A DNA stretch of 60,996 nt, filler included, from Hausera hauseri (lineage: Eukaryota): the NCBI GenBank assembly GCA_046269625.1. It is 11 parts of 11 records of this genome, joined end to end, with 100 filler letters (N's around TTAATTAATTAA, not from the genome) between each part and the next. Parts side by side here need not be neighbours in the genome. Positions count along the whole stretch, not along the records: positions 1 to 6,890 come from JBJURY010054552.1; positions 6,991 to 12,324 come from JBJURY010276506.1; 9 more parts are not named here. One strand, given 5' to 3'. Shown piece after piece: positions 1 to 12,424 of the stretch; within the stretch, counting starts at the first letter, position 1, and each line of letters begins with the position of its first letter. Position numbers and translations under genes: made by a program. A model generated the notes under the pieces. The model saw nothing but the letters and a program-made list of their open reading frames with translations. It was not told where the DNA came from and searched no databases.

Positions 1-169
1 TTACTTAAGTCACCATTTGGCGGCCATTGTTGTCATGGTTAACAGACTGAAATTTATACTAACACGTGTGGCTTGATCCATATATTTCAGTGTTATAATC
101 AGCTGTTTATTTGTGTTTTAGTTGATTAAAATAAATACTTTAGTGTTTAAAATACTTAAATCAATAACC

Positions 170-1914
170 ATGGTTAATAAAAAAGTGTGCAGGTCGTCCT
201 AAGAAAAGAACATTTCATGGTAGTAGATGGCAGCTAGTGTTCCCACAGCTAAAACAGAAAGCACTGATCCAAGTACTAGTGCTACTTCACAAAGCCTTAA
301 CAGTTTCACTTCTACAGACACTGTGCTTAATAATTCAGGCAACAGAAAATCTTCTGCATTTGATAAATTATCAAGAAACTCTAACTATGCAGATGAATTT
401 CAGGGTCAAAAAAGTATGAGTGGATTCAGACTTTTTGACATTCAGCAGTTCATTTCATTCATTCAGCAGTTGCCATGTCCACAGTGTTATACTCATACAG
501 ATAATGCATTTACAGTGTCAGAAAAATTAACTGGCATTAGTTCTGAATTGCACTTTCAGTGCACCATTTGCAAACATAAACTGACATTTAAAAATGAGGA
601 AAACATTAATTTGCGATTCCAGTTTGCCATGTATGGCATTGGTTGTCATGATCAGAAGAGTCGCCGCTTTTTAACTGCCATGAATATGCCACCACCAGTT
701 TCAAGTGTTCGATCAGCAGTTTACAAGGACCGTATTCTTCTTGCAACAAGGTCTGTAGCAGCGTCAAGTATGAGAAAAGCAGCATCTGAACTGAAAGACG
801 CAGAACAGTCAGATGAAGTGACAGTTTCCTGTGATGGAACTTGGCAGCGAAGGGGATTTTCCAGCAAAAATGGAATTTCAACATGCATGTCTGTTAGTCT
901 AAAAGCACCATCAAAAGTCATTGATGTTGAGGTCTTGACTAATTACTGTAACGCATGTGCACAAATGAACAAGAAAACACCTGACATCTTATTGGAATGG
1001 AAAGAACGGCACAAAGATGTTTGCAAGAAAAATCATGTTGGTTGTGCAGGCAACATGGAACCAGTAGGCCTGAAAAGAATCTTTCAAAGATCTATCAATG
1101 AATATGGCCTAACATACACTGGTTATTTAGGAGATGGAGATTCCAAAAGCTACAAAGAAATTGCAGAATCAGAACNNNNNNNNNNNNNNNNNNNNNNNNN
1201 NNNNNNNNNNNNNNNNNNNNNNNNNNNNNNNNNNNNNNNNNNNNNNNNNNNNNNNNNNNNNNNNNNNNNNNNNNNGTTGCTGCAAATAAAAGCAAATCAT
1301 TTATTGAAAATGGCAGAAAATATAAAGGAATTGGAGGAGTTGGAAGACTGACCAAAATAGCAATAAAAAGAATTCAGTATCATTATGGAGGGGCAATTCG
1401 ATCAAACGTGGAAAATTTAGACGCTAAGAAAAAGGCAGTATGGGCAATCTGGGAACACAGAAAAGGTATCCATGTCAATTGAGGAAGATGGTGGTATGGA
1501 AAAATTACAAATAAGCTACCAGACTTTGTTATGGAAATAATAAAACCTGTGTTTGAAGAGCTAAAAGTGATAATTTGTTACAAAAGTGTTTGCATGGTGG
1601 AACGCAAAATGCTAATGAAGCTGGGATAGATGCCCTAAACCACATTTGTTGGAAGAGACAGACTAGAAATACCTGTAAATGATGCTGTTATTGTATATAA
1701 TGAAGGGGAACTAGGTAGGACTGAAGTACTTAAGAAATTAGGACAAAGCTGAGGGTACCATACTATTTTAGGATTTCAGCATTTTGATCAAGCGCGAATA
1801 AGAGCAGCTGAAGAAGCAAATAAAGTGAATAAAATTATCAGGAGAGCAAGAAAGAGTGTTCAGACAGCTGAGGAATACCCTAAAGATGATTCCTATGGAG
1901 CAGGAGCTCACTAA
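170..1914 (+). pseudogene. Mutator-like/Kolobok-type DDE transposase (decayed), copy 1
   Basis: N-terminal CxxC motifs, DGTWQRRGFSSKNG, YLGDGDSKSY, HGGTQNANE, ends SYGAGAH* at 1914; frameshifts and stops plus a 100-N gap at 1176-1275. Superfamily (MULE vs Kolobok) not resolved by eye. Confidence 0.8.
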
Positions 1915-3299
1915 GCAAAGAATTATTTCTGAAACTAACATGGTAAGTACATTTTTTGCCTTTTTCTCAAAATTTGAATTTTTAACCAGTTTTATTCACT
2001 CTTTTAAGAATATTTCAAAAGATTCTCTATGTATTGTCTCCAAAATTGGAACATTTATAGGAGTGTTTCACATAAATGAGTATAACTTTTGAATAGTACA
2101 TATAACCCAAAAGATTTTAGTTAAGCCTATGTAAAACATAATGTCCTAATGGCATGTTAAATTTCATTAAGCTCTGAGTTTTTGTTTGTGAAATATTTTA
2201 GAATGTTGCTGAATATAAATTACGCTTTTTTCCGCATAAATTATCACATATTCAGTAAATGTTCTCCATAATATGCTGATTTTAGCCCCAAAAGTTATTT
2301 TTTCTTTAATAATTAACATGTATGTACATAATAAAATCAATGGTTTCAACAGATACAATCAAAATAAATTTGGGGGTTACAGCTGTTCTCAAGCACACTA
2401 GTAAGATATTTCCCCATTGTTCATATTTTTGTGTCTGTTTAGACAAGTAAAGTTTCTCTTCAGTGTAAATTCTTTTTATTTTTATTATTTTTTAAACTTT
2501 CAGCTATTATGTATAACCCAGTCGATTCATCATATGTTTTATCATAAATTCCCTCTCTCTCTTTCACTGCAACTTTAGCCCCTATGACATATGGAACTGC
2601 TATTGAGAAGAGACTTATAAAACTGTTGATCCTTTGATTCTTTTCTGGTTGTGCCCCAAGCCAGACTATTATCCAACATTCCTGGTCCAAATTAGAATTT
2701 AATTTTTTAACTGCACCAACTGCTTTATCTCTTATACAATTTTATTTTATTTTCACAACTGAATATTTAACGCATACATTTTTGAGATTATATTCATTTT
2801 TTTTTTAAATTTTTTTTTCTTAATTAAAATTAGTTAATATTTAGTTGATAAAAATGTAATTTTTAAAGCATTAAGGACTCAGTGCTTTAATGTAATCTCC
2901 CTTTGACTAGTACTCTGGGACACTGAGACTTGATCTCGTCAGGGCCAGGAACCAACATACTGGCCAAGACCTTTCAACTCTTCTATGCAGTGCATCCTGG
3001 AAACAGAAGCAATTCTGGCCAATGTTGGGGGATCGCCCATGGTCCCCATTTGAGAGGTGGATCACTTCTAGGAGGCCAAGCATTTCACTAAAGCCTGGAG
3101 GACCCCAGTCTACCCTACTAAACTCCACTGGAACAGCATGAATGCTCAATACAACTACTCCCGAGTCCTTCTTATGACTAGAGCCCTTATCAGAGCTCAT
3201 CCAGAAGAGCTGACGCTTGGTGATGAGGAGATCAAACAAGAACAAGAAAAAGCCTAGTACTCCAAGAGGTGTTTTGGAGCTGGAGATTAGTAATGATCA

Positions 3300-4126
3300 A
3301 GTAAACGATTTTTACAAGCGTGTCTCTTTTGTGCTCATTTAGATGACCACTAAGTGTCAATCTTTTACAACATACATCACACATGTAACATTTCTTCCCA
3401 GTTATGTTTTTTTTTGTGTGCTTGTTTAGATCAGACTTATCTGCAAACCTGACACAACAAACATGACACTTGTAAGGTTTCTCTCACATGTTTATTGTTT
3501 TATGAGTATTTATATGACTAGTGTTTATAAACACTTTACCACTGACATCACACTTGTAAGGTTTTCACCCCAGTGTAAATTCTTTTATGTGTCTTTAGAT
3601 TGCCATTAAGTATAAATCTTTTACCACAAACACCACACTTGTGAGGTTTCTCTCCAGTGTGTATTCTTTTATGATCATTTATATGACAACATTTTATAAA
3701 TCCTTTACCACAGACATCACATTTGTAAGGTTTTTCCCTAGTGTGATATCTTTTATTTGTCTTTAGCTCACCATTTTGTATAAATCTTTTACCACATACA
3801 TCACACTCAAACGATTTCTCGCCAGTGTGTATTCTTTTGTGATAATTTCGACTACCACTTTGTACAAATTCTTTACCACAAACATCACATTTGTAAAGTT
3901 TGTCCCCAGTATGAATTCTTTTGTGTTCATTCAGATGAAAACTTTGTGTGAAGACATTATCACACAAATCACACTTGAAAGAATCTACTGGTAGTTTACT
4001 AGTCTCAACATTCATTTCTCTTAATGAAAGTGACATTTTTTCTGTCTTGCACAATTCAGTGGGATCTTCATGTGTGTCGTAATTACTTGCTGTATTTTCA
4101 AGACAGACACCAGCACATGTTGACAC
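3300..4126 (-). pseudogene. Tandem C2H2 zinc-finger gene, frameshifted
   Basis: ORF 3548-4126 has 5 CxxC-x12-HxxxH units (two with a substituted His) and HTGEKPYKCDVCGK linkers; further degenerate fingers continue out of frame to ~3300. Confidence 0.85.
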
Positions 4127-4749
4127 ATTATTTTCAGTATTTCTTGTCTCATAATCAATGTCTTTTGTGATTTGTCCAGTAATGATATTAGTTTTCTTGT
4201 AATCATTTTTAGCTGGGTAGAATTTCTTGTCTTCAGGTACATCTGAAAATATACAGAATTTATAAACTTTAAGTTAGTGCTCATAATGCACTTAGCTGCT
4301 ATTGAGAAGAGACTTAAAAAGTTATTAATCCTTTGCTTTTTTCCTGGACACACCCCATGCTGGATCCGTAGCTGATCTTCCTGGTCCAAGCTACAATTTC
4401 CATTTTTTAACTTATTCAGAAATCATGAGAATGTTTTTCAAAAAGACTGGAGGCATTTATCTCATTTTGTTTTGAAACAATGTGGAACTGAAGCTTAATA
4501 ATTCCAGAGCATCTGAAAATCTGTCTGACACACATACAGTGACAAATCCACTTGTGTTTACATTCTCAAATCAAACTACTTCATTACTTCCATGGAAATA
4601 ACGTTTCTAATTTTAAAATGTCAGAAGTCATGAGAATCTTTTTTTAAAACCGGGTGCATCTATCTCATCTTATTTTGAAATGATGTGCATTTGAGGTTCA
4701 AGTAATTTTGGTGCACATGAGACCATGTCCGACACACCTATGATCCCCT

Positions 4750-5930
4750 GCCCCTACTAATTACTGTCTTCCAGAATAGAATAAAGTTAAACCCAAAAGA
4801 AAGCTGAAATGGAATTATGACAGAGCTAACTGGAAAGACAACAGAATACTATCAAACCAACTTCCTGGTGAAACAGATATTAATGCAGATAAAAACATCA
4901 ATACTGTTAATGATCAGATCATAACAGCTATAATGAAGGCAGCCAAACAAACAATTCCACAAGGCAATCACAGAAAATACACTGTTTTTTGGAATCCACA
5001 ACTAGAACGTCTAGTCCACCTAAGGCGTAAGGCAAGGAATGTAGCACAACTAAATCCAAGTCCAGAAAACAAAACAGGCTTAGTGCACAGATCAAACTAA
5101 CAAGCAGAACTGCAAAACTAGAGGCATGGAAGACAAAGTGTGATGACCTAGACCACAGGAAAGATGGTAGGAAAGCATGGAAACACCTTGATGGCACGGC
5201 GGGGACCTCGCAGAGAAAAATCCTACATGTATGCAGTTCCCAAACAACAACACAGCCAACACAGACAAACAGAAAGGCCAAGCATTGAACACATTCTTTG
5301 CTGATGTTAATAAGAAATTTAAAAGACCCAAGCTGGACAATGCCTTCAGAACTCTGACCAAACATAGATGAAAACACAGCACAGCAACAGCACTTTTTAT
5401 GAAGAATTCACTACATCTGTATTTAAGTCCAGTCTTGACAAGAAGGAACTCAAAGCACCAGAGCCAGACCATATCACCACTGAAATGCTACTCAAACTTG
5501 GTAAAGAAGGATCACAGACAATCCTAAATTTTATCAACAAAACATGCAGACAAGGCACTGTACCTTTAGGATGGAAAACAACAAACATCATACCCATCCT
5601 CAAAAGAGACAAATCACCTAGTGAAATGAACAGCTACTGGCCTATATCTCTTACACCCAGCATTGTGAAAATTTCTGAAGGTATGAAAAACACATGGCTT
5701 TACACATGGTTGGAGAAAGAGAATATCCTCCACCCCAACCAAGTGGGTTTTAGAAGAGGAAAGCAGACCAGTGACCAGCTGATGTCTGGTACAGAACATC
5801 ACTGACGCTTTTCAAAAGAAAAATCATATTGCAGCAGTATTTGTAGATCTGAAACAGGTATATGAAACAGTCTGGAGAGATGGCCTCTCCTACAAGTTGC
5901 AGAAGATGAGACAAATCTTTCATATTTTGT
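4750..5930 (+). mobile_element. Non-LTR retrotransposon (LINE, I/Jockey-like) ORF2 fragment
   Basis: WNYDRANWK after endonuclease, PEPDHITTEML, WKTTNIIPILK, YWPISLT, QVGFRRGK, AVFVDLKQVYETVW (RT N-terminal motifs); frameshifted and 3'-truncated. Confidence 0.85.
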
Positions 5931-5964
5931 TTTGGTGGTGCTTGGTGGTGCTAAATGGCTCAAA

Positions 5965-6890
5965 GACAGTGTGCATAATAATTCAGGCAACAGAAGATCT
6001 TCTGCATTTGATAAATTATCAAGAAACTCTAACTATGCAGATAAATTTCAGGGTCAAAATAGTATGAGTGGATTCAGTATTCGGACTTTTTTATATGCAG
6101 CAGTTCATTTCATTCATTCAGCAGTTGCCATGTCCACAGTGTTATACTCATACAGACAATGCATTTACAGTGTCTGAAAAATTAACTGGCTTTAGTTCTG
6201 AATTGCACTTTCAATGTACCATTTGCAAACATAAACTGACATTTAAAAATGAAGAAATCATTAATTTGCGATTCCAGTTGCATGGAAGTGTCACCGCTTG
6301 TTAACTGCCATGAATATGCCACCACCAGTTTCAACATGGAACCAGTAGGTCTGAAAAAAATATTTAAAAGATCTATCAGTGAATATGGCCTAACATACAC
6401 TGGTTATTTAGGAGATGGAGATTCCAAAAGCTACAAAGAAATTGCAGAATCAGAACCTCCCATCTATGCTGGTAAAGCAATTAGGAAACTAGAATGTTGT
6501 GACCATGTTCAGAAGAGGATGGGAAAAAGACTTTTAGATAAAGTTGCTGCAAATAAAAGCAAATCATTTATTGAAAATGGCAGAAAATATAAAGGAATTG
6601 GAGGAGTTGGAAGACTGACTAAAACAGCAATAAAAAGAATTCAGGGTCATTATGGAGGGGCAATTCGATCAAACGTGGGAAATTTAGACGCTATGAAGAA
6701 GGCAGTATGGGCAATCTGGGAACACAGAAAAGGTATCCATGTCAATTGTGGAAGATGGTGCCATGGGCAAATTACAAATAAGCTACCAGACTTTGTTATG
6801 GAAATAATAAAACCTGTGTTTGAAGAGCTTTCAAGTGATAATTTGTTACAAAAGTGTTTGCATGGCGGAACGCAAAATGCTAATGAAGCA
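5965..6890 (+). pseudogene. Mutator-like/Kolobok-type transposase copy 2, internally deleted
   Basis: Near-identical to 320-1620; YLGDGDSKSY, KLECCDHVQKRMG, HGGTQNANE; lacks the ~350-bp segment containing DGTW. Confidence 0.85.
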
Positions 6891-6990
6891 NNNNNNNNNN
6901 NNNNNNNNNNNNNNNNNNNNNNNNNNNNNNNNNNTTAATTAATTAANNNNNNNNNNNNNNNNNNNNNNNNNNNNNNNNNNNNNNNNNNNN
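6891..6990. other. Artificial contig spacer N44-TTAATTAATTAA-N44 (also 12325-12424, 17137-17236, 21977-22076, 26061-26160, 31253-31352, 39436-39535, 45245-45344, 49720-49819, 54009-54108)
   Basis: Identical 100-bp spacer with a six-frame stop 12-mer, present ten times. Confidence 0.99.
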
Positions 6991-7859
6991 CGATTGGCAC
7001 ATATGCAAATTGATTTATCGATTCGCACACCCGGGAGAGGTGATACAAACTTCCCATTTTCTACCTAGTAAACGGCTGTTGATAATTTTTACGCCAGCAA
7101 TCGTAAGTTGAAGAATAAAAACAAAACCCACAATTGGAACCGGCTTGAATGCAGAACAACTGTTGCCATTTTGATGAGGACACGAGTTGTGTCCGTGGCA
7201 CTACAGCTTTGGTACTGCAAGCAACTTTACAACATCAAGATCGGAGACTAGTAGACGTCACACTTTTTACAGAAAGATGACACAGATAGGTCTTCCATGA
7301 TCTTACACTCTCAATGTAACATCAATTGAACATTTGGAGTAAACGTGTCTTTGATCTTTTTGGCTCATAACTAACGACTTTTAATCCATGCTCGACGGAT
7401 AAAACTGTAACTTTTAGCCAGATTAACAACGGCACTATCTGTGGTTCCCACATTGGCCCACCAAAAAATGGCAAAGTATTTTTGAATTATATAGTCACGA
7501 TTTTTTTTGTTTAAATATGCGTGACGGCAACTATTGCAAATTTATGAAAAAATAAAAAATTATGGCGTTTCATTTTGAAAATTTGTGAAAAGTTTGTATC
7601 TGCAATTATTTTTTTATTTCAACCTTAAAATTGGTTTAATTAATTATCACGTTTGATCATTTTCTATATGTAAATAGCAAGCGATAAATTTTCTAAACGG
7701 TAACATTACAGTTTCATTAGCCGAAAATCAAAAGTTTCGATTGATTCCCAAATCTGGATTGAATAATGTCGTTAATTTTCGAGACGAAAATTCTCAACTA
7801 CTGATCGATTTCTAGTGCAATCAACAAAACTCGTTGAGTACACCAACGATGTCGATGAA

Positions 7860-8894
7860 TGGATTTAACTTAAACGATGACGGAATACATTTGATAAACA
7901 GTACGAGAGATAATTCTAGTGAATTTAGAATATTAAAAGCTATCAATACCGAAAATCACAGATATCACGGGTAGATACATTAGATTATCACGTTTGACAG
8001 CATTATACCTGTTATTTTCCGGACAAATTGGAAGGAGTAGCGGTATACGTAATCCATCGACCAAATTGGGTTTGGCGAGGTTTGTGTAAAAATACATTCG
8101 ATGCAGTACATTTTTCAGTTTTGTTTTAAGCGTTGTAACATGCGTCTTATTCGGCTCAAACCACTGTTCTTCAAAACCCATTACCATAGCCAAAGCGTTG
8201 TCCAACGAAATTTCGACTACTTCCTTATTCAGTTCAAATGTGATGTATCCATTTGTATCTGACATGAACACTTTAAATATATATTTGTACTTTTTATCGG
8301 AAATGTGTCGAGAGATCCGCCACAGATTTACAGTAGACGTTATCATCAATTAGTATACCTGAATCAAACCCATTTATATATTTTTTCCGCTAAGGGCAAT
8401 GTTCACAGTTGTTTCTAGGTTTGTATTTTGTACAATGAGATAATCAACAGAAATACTTTTACCTTTGATTTCTGTAGTTTCGAATCCAAATTTTTTTGAC
8501 ACTTCAAGGGAATTGAAGCGGACAGTAAATTCATTTTTGTACTCAAACTGTACTTTTCTATTTTTTAATATAACGCGTATTTGTCTTCTTTTTTACTCTT
8601 ATTAAAGTCGGTCGAACAAACATAATAGATTCTGGTCCACAATTTTTCATTTTCAAATAGTAGTTAACATGGTTTATTTGCCTTGATCCGATGAGTTGTG
8701 CTGTACTGTATTTTCATATTGCCTTTATATGTCACCAGTGCGTAGGGAAAGTTAAATTCCGTCAGTGCAACCTCCCATCGTTCGGATAATTCTATCGGAT
8801 TGTCCCAATCTTCAACGTATTCACTGACCGAATTGTTCCGACGAGTCGTCGGATAACTGTTTCTTGGTAACATTATGTAAAGACTCATATTCAC
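7860..8894 (-). pseudogene. Polinton/adintovirus penton (minor capsid) gene 1
   Basis: N-term SLYIMLPRNS..NNSVSEYVEDWDNPIELSERWEVALTEFNFP and C-term MYFYTNLAKPNLVDGLRIPLL..MYLPV resemble the Polinton penton pattern (FYITLPSN..EWEVGL; YCDLVEPQLVGD..PLL). Confidence 0.75.
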
Positions 8895-8954
8895 ACTGAT
8901 GATTGTAGTGATGCTGATGATGATGATGATTATGATGATAGTGCAGTTTGTTTA

Positions 8955-9480
8955 TTATCGACGACGAAAATGTAGCCTCAAATGTGTCGTTGACCCGAAC
9001 AGAAATTTAATTTGTTTCTAAAATTAATCTAGCATGTGCACTGCAATACTGTGCACAACACTGTGAGATAACGATACATACATGGATCTGATGATAGAAA
9101 CGTGAGCAGTTTCACTCTGTCTTTTGTACGTGTCAGAATCCAGTGTAATAGAAATCAATAATTGTTTACGTTATCCACTAACAAATACAAGTTCGGTTAA
9201 ATCCGTTAAAATGTTGATTTGATGAAATTCACCATACAGTCGTGGTTTGTATTTCGCAACAATAGCTCTACCGCAGCCGGTTTGACCGAATTCTCATTTC
9301 GTAAAGTCCAGATTCCGTGCTAATAGTTCGTCAAAGGCAAAATATGTAATATTTTCATGTAATATAAACGAAATACAACCATCAGCGTTTAATTCAAATG
9401 TCTTTAGTGCCAATTTTACCACTTCCCTGATGGCGACACACAATTTTGTTTCCGATTCTAACTGGCTCAATTGATTGGAT
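8955..9480 (-). pseudogene. Second penton-like gene, C-terminal half
   Basis: FDELLARNLDF..PRLYGEFHQINILTDLTELVFVSG..QLL..MYVSL..IKFLFGSTTHLRLHFRRR*; the LHFRR end is typical of pentons. Confidence 0.65.
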
Positions 9481-9489
9481 GATCGTTTG

Positions 9490-12324
9490 AGACACAACAG
9501 CCTTTGATTGTCCTTCTCCTCCGTCTTCTCCTCCTTCATAGACACGGAGATAATCACCGCGGTTTATTTCCGTCTGTGCCAACTGAACTTCTTTTGCATG
9601 CATTTTCATTCCACAGTCCGTCAGAAGACTGTAGTACTTTGGGTGTAAAAATGTCCATTCCCAATACTAAACCCGACCTTCGCTTTCATCCTTGAAACAG
9701 CCGATTTTGTTTGTGATGGCGTTGCTGTACAATAGATAATTCTGCAGGTAATTGAATGTGTCGAGAAATCTATTTGCCATTATTTTCCGCAGTAGGTTGT
9801 TTGTAATTGACGTTTTTAAGTTTCAAGAAGAAACTATATGTGTCACCGGCAATTAGATTGACCTTGTATACACCAGAAATTTGCCGGTAACGTGCCAAAC
9901 CGCGATACTGCAACTTATACATTCGTAATTTACTAAGGTCAAATACCACATGTCCTATATAGCTTAGCCGGTCCAGTACGACTTCTTCCCTATTTAAAAG
10001 TACGGCAATCCACCGGAAATATGCATTGACCGCCTGAACTGAGCATATTGGTGTACGTGACCAACCGCTTTTCGCTATTGCATTTGACCAGCCGCTTTCT
10101 CAAATTCTTTACTGTTTTACCGTAGAGTGAATTGTTTTTCATCTTGTTATAGTCCTTTTCAAACTTTCTACAAGCTACATCTTGTTTCTCCGATTGCCGA
10201 CTGATGTATGCCTTGAATATCGAAATCTGATTGAATCGGATTGCGCGATGAAATTGTGTGACGCGTACACCCAGTTGCATGTAAAATTGCAACAGACCCC
10301 AATGAATAATATAATTTGATTTGGGTTCATTCGTCATAAGCAGCTTCTTCACTTTCGAGTCGGACGGACATTGGCTAATTGGTGCGACCGATAATTCATC
10401 CAGAAAGACATGCAGCTCATCTGGTACCACAAGATGGACTTCCATCAGGTATCCAATTGAGCTGTTCTCTGTCGTGTCTGTCCTAGGTAGATTTTCCATT
10501 ATGTCGTCTAGATATTGTCTGTAGACTATCCATTCGAATGAACCGTACAGCAAGGGTTGTGAAAGCGCCCAGTCATATAGGTTATTAATATCAATGTATA
10601 ACAGTGATGTGGTGTCATCACTGGTAGCAGCAGCACTAACATAGTGCTTGTTGACAAATGGCATGCCGCCACGAATACCAACATCAAATGGTCTGTAAAT
10701 TTCTGGGTCTTGCAACAGTTCGGTATCCCGATCCAGTGACATCAGGGCTGACGCCCAACTCATTCCCGGTATGGAATAAAAGTTGAGTGGCTCCTACCTA
10801 TCTTCTGTCAACGCTTTAGCTCGAAATGTCTAAAACACATACGCTAATAAGTACACGTCCAGTTTCAGATACTGAAGCATATACCCCAACAGGTTTCTGC
10901 ACCCGTGCTTTCTGCCAATCATCCTCTGTGGTACAGAACAATTGCGATGGCAAGTTTTCTGTTGTCTGAAGTCGCTCGTACAATGCCTCATAGTCGTATG
11001 AAAATATGCCTTTGCTATGTGAAATATGTGTGGAGAACTGTGTCAATGTTAGCGGCACATCTAGTAAGGCATTTACTAACTTTGTTAATGATTCATTCAG
11101 AAATTTCAATAAATTGGGAAAGCGTACCTGGAACCGGTTTATACGATCAGACAAGGATAGGTATTTCTCCATCGTTGTCGGAATTATGGGTTGTTCCCAG
11201 TGCGGAAATCCATTTGTCGCTCATTTTAAAACATGATGACAATGATAACCCCTGAAATTATGAAAGACCACTAATAGGAATGGTCGCACACGCTTTGCCA
11301 AATTGCATGAATTACATGCCGCTCCTAGATGTCGGCCGCTAAAATGATCGTGATCCGGTACTAGCTGCTCCTTTGCATCGAACGGTACTCTTTTGTGCGC
11401 AGGTAACATTTATCGGTGGCTGCAAACATCGCTATTACTTTGATACCACGGTGTGATTTCCGTTTCTACTATTGTTTAAAACTGATGTAGGAAATCGCGT
11501 ACGCAGTCCCAACTGTGGAAAACGTAGTACTGCGGTTGGCCAGTGGCTTCTATTGAGACAACCAACATACCAACAGCGATTGGAATGTGCTTTTGGTCAC
11601 ATACGTTGTGCTGTGGTAACATAACTTCAATATCAGTATATATCACATATTCCAGACTGCCCATTTTTGACCAGTCACTGAATCTAGGTCTCTTTTTAAC
11701 GGACATGACGTATATTGCTGTTTCCGTTGAATTCTGCTTACATAGTGTGAAACGTTTCTCCACGTTGTTTCTGACCTGAAATCATGCAGACATATGGGAC
11801 ACAATTTACACCGTATTTATTTTTGGATGAAGTGATCATGCGCCATGTTCAATAGTCTGTTAAAATTTGTCACGGCCACACAATAAAATTTTCCCTCCTG
11901 CTCTAACAGCAACAAGTTTACTGACTGCCTACTTGGGTTCAGACTTCGATAAACTATGTCAACATGGAAGTTCTTGTAAATTTCTTCATCTGCCGGTATT
12001 TCTACTATTGTACTGTACCGGAAAACGTTAACGGGCAGTGTCGGACTACGCCGATCAAAAGCCAGAATGGTTTTCAGTTTCATCGGCATCCAACTTTCAT
12101 CGAAATCCAATTCGGAAAAATACTGCCGATACTGACTTTGACAATATGCACTATGTCTGTCTATTTCGTCATATGTCAATACCGCCAGAATACTGTAAAG
12201 TAAACTTTATTCATCGTTCGTGTTTTGCACATTCACTACCGCATAATAGTGCTTTAGAGCTTCAGGTGTCCGTATGAATGACCGTCCGGACAGGTAAATT
12301 ATGTCACTCGACTTTGTTATTATA
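9490..12324 (-). pseudogene. Protein-primed family B DNA polymerase (Polinton/adintovirus type)
   Basis: DHDHFSG..GAACNSCNL, FHNFRGYH, GIRGG, YIDINNLY.WALSQPL, KMKNNSLYGKT, IAGDTYSFF, IGCFKDE, HPKYYSL; many frameshifts. Confidence 0.9.
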
Positions 12325-12424
12325 NNNNNNNNNNNNNNNNNNNNNNNNNNNNNNNNNNNNNNNNNNNNTTAATTAATTAANNNNNNNNNNNNNNNNNNNN
12401 NNNNNNNNNNNNNNNNNNNNNNNN

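Noticed and set aside
2907-3250. GC-richer island with a 112-aa ORF
   Set aside because: Probably a repeat fragment, but no motif was recognised in any frame.
6935-6946. Recurrent palindromic TTAATTAATTAA as a biological repeat or array
   Set aside because: Always centred in 100-bp N spacers; an assembly linker. ORFs running through the Ns are artefacts.
6991-7500. Possible further Polinton gene downstream of the pentons
   Set aside because: No recognisable motif or sustained frame.
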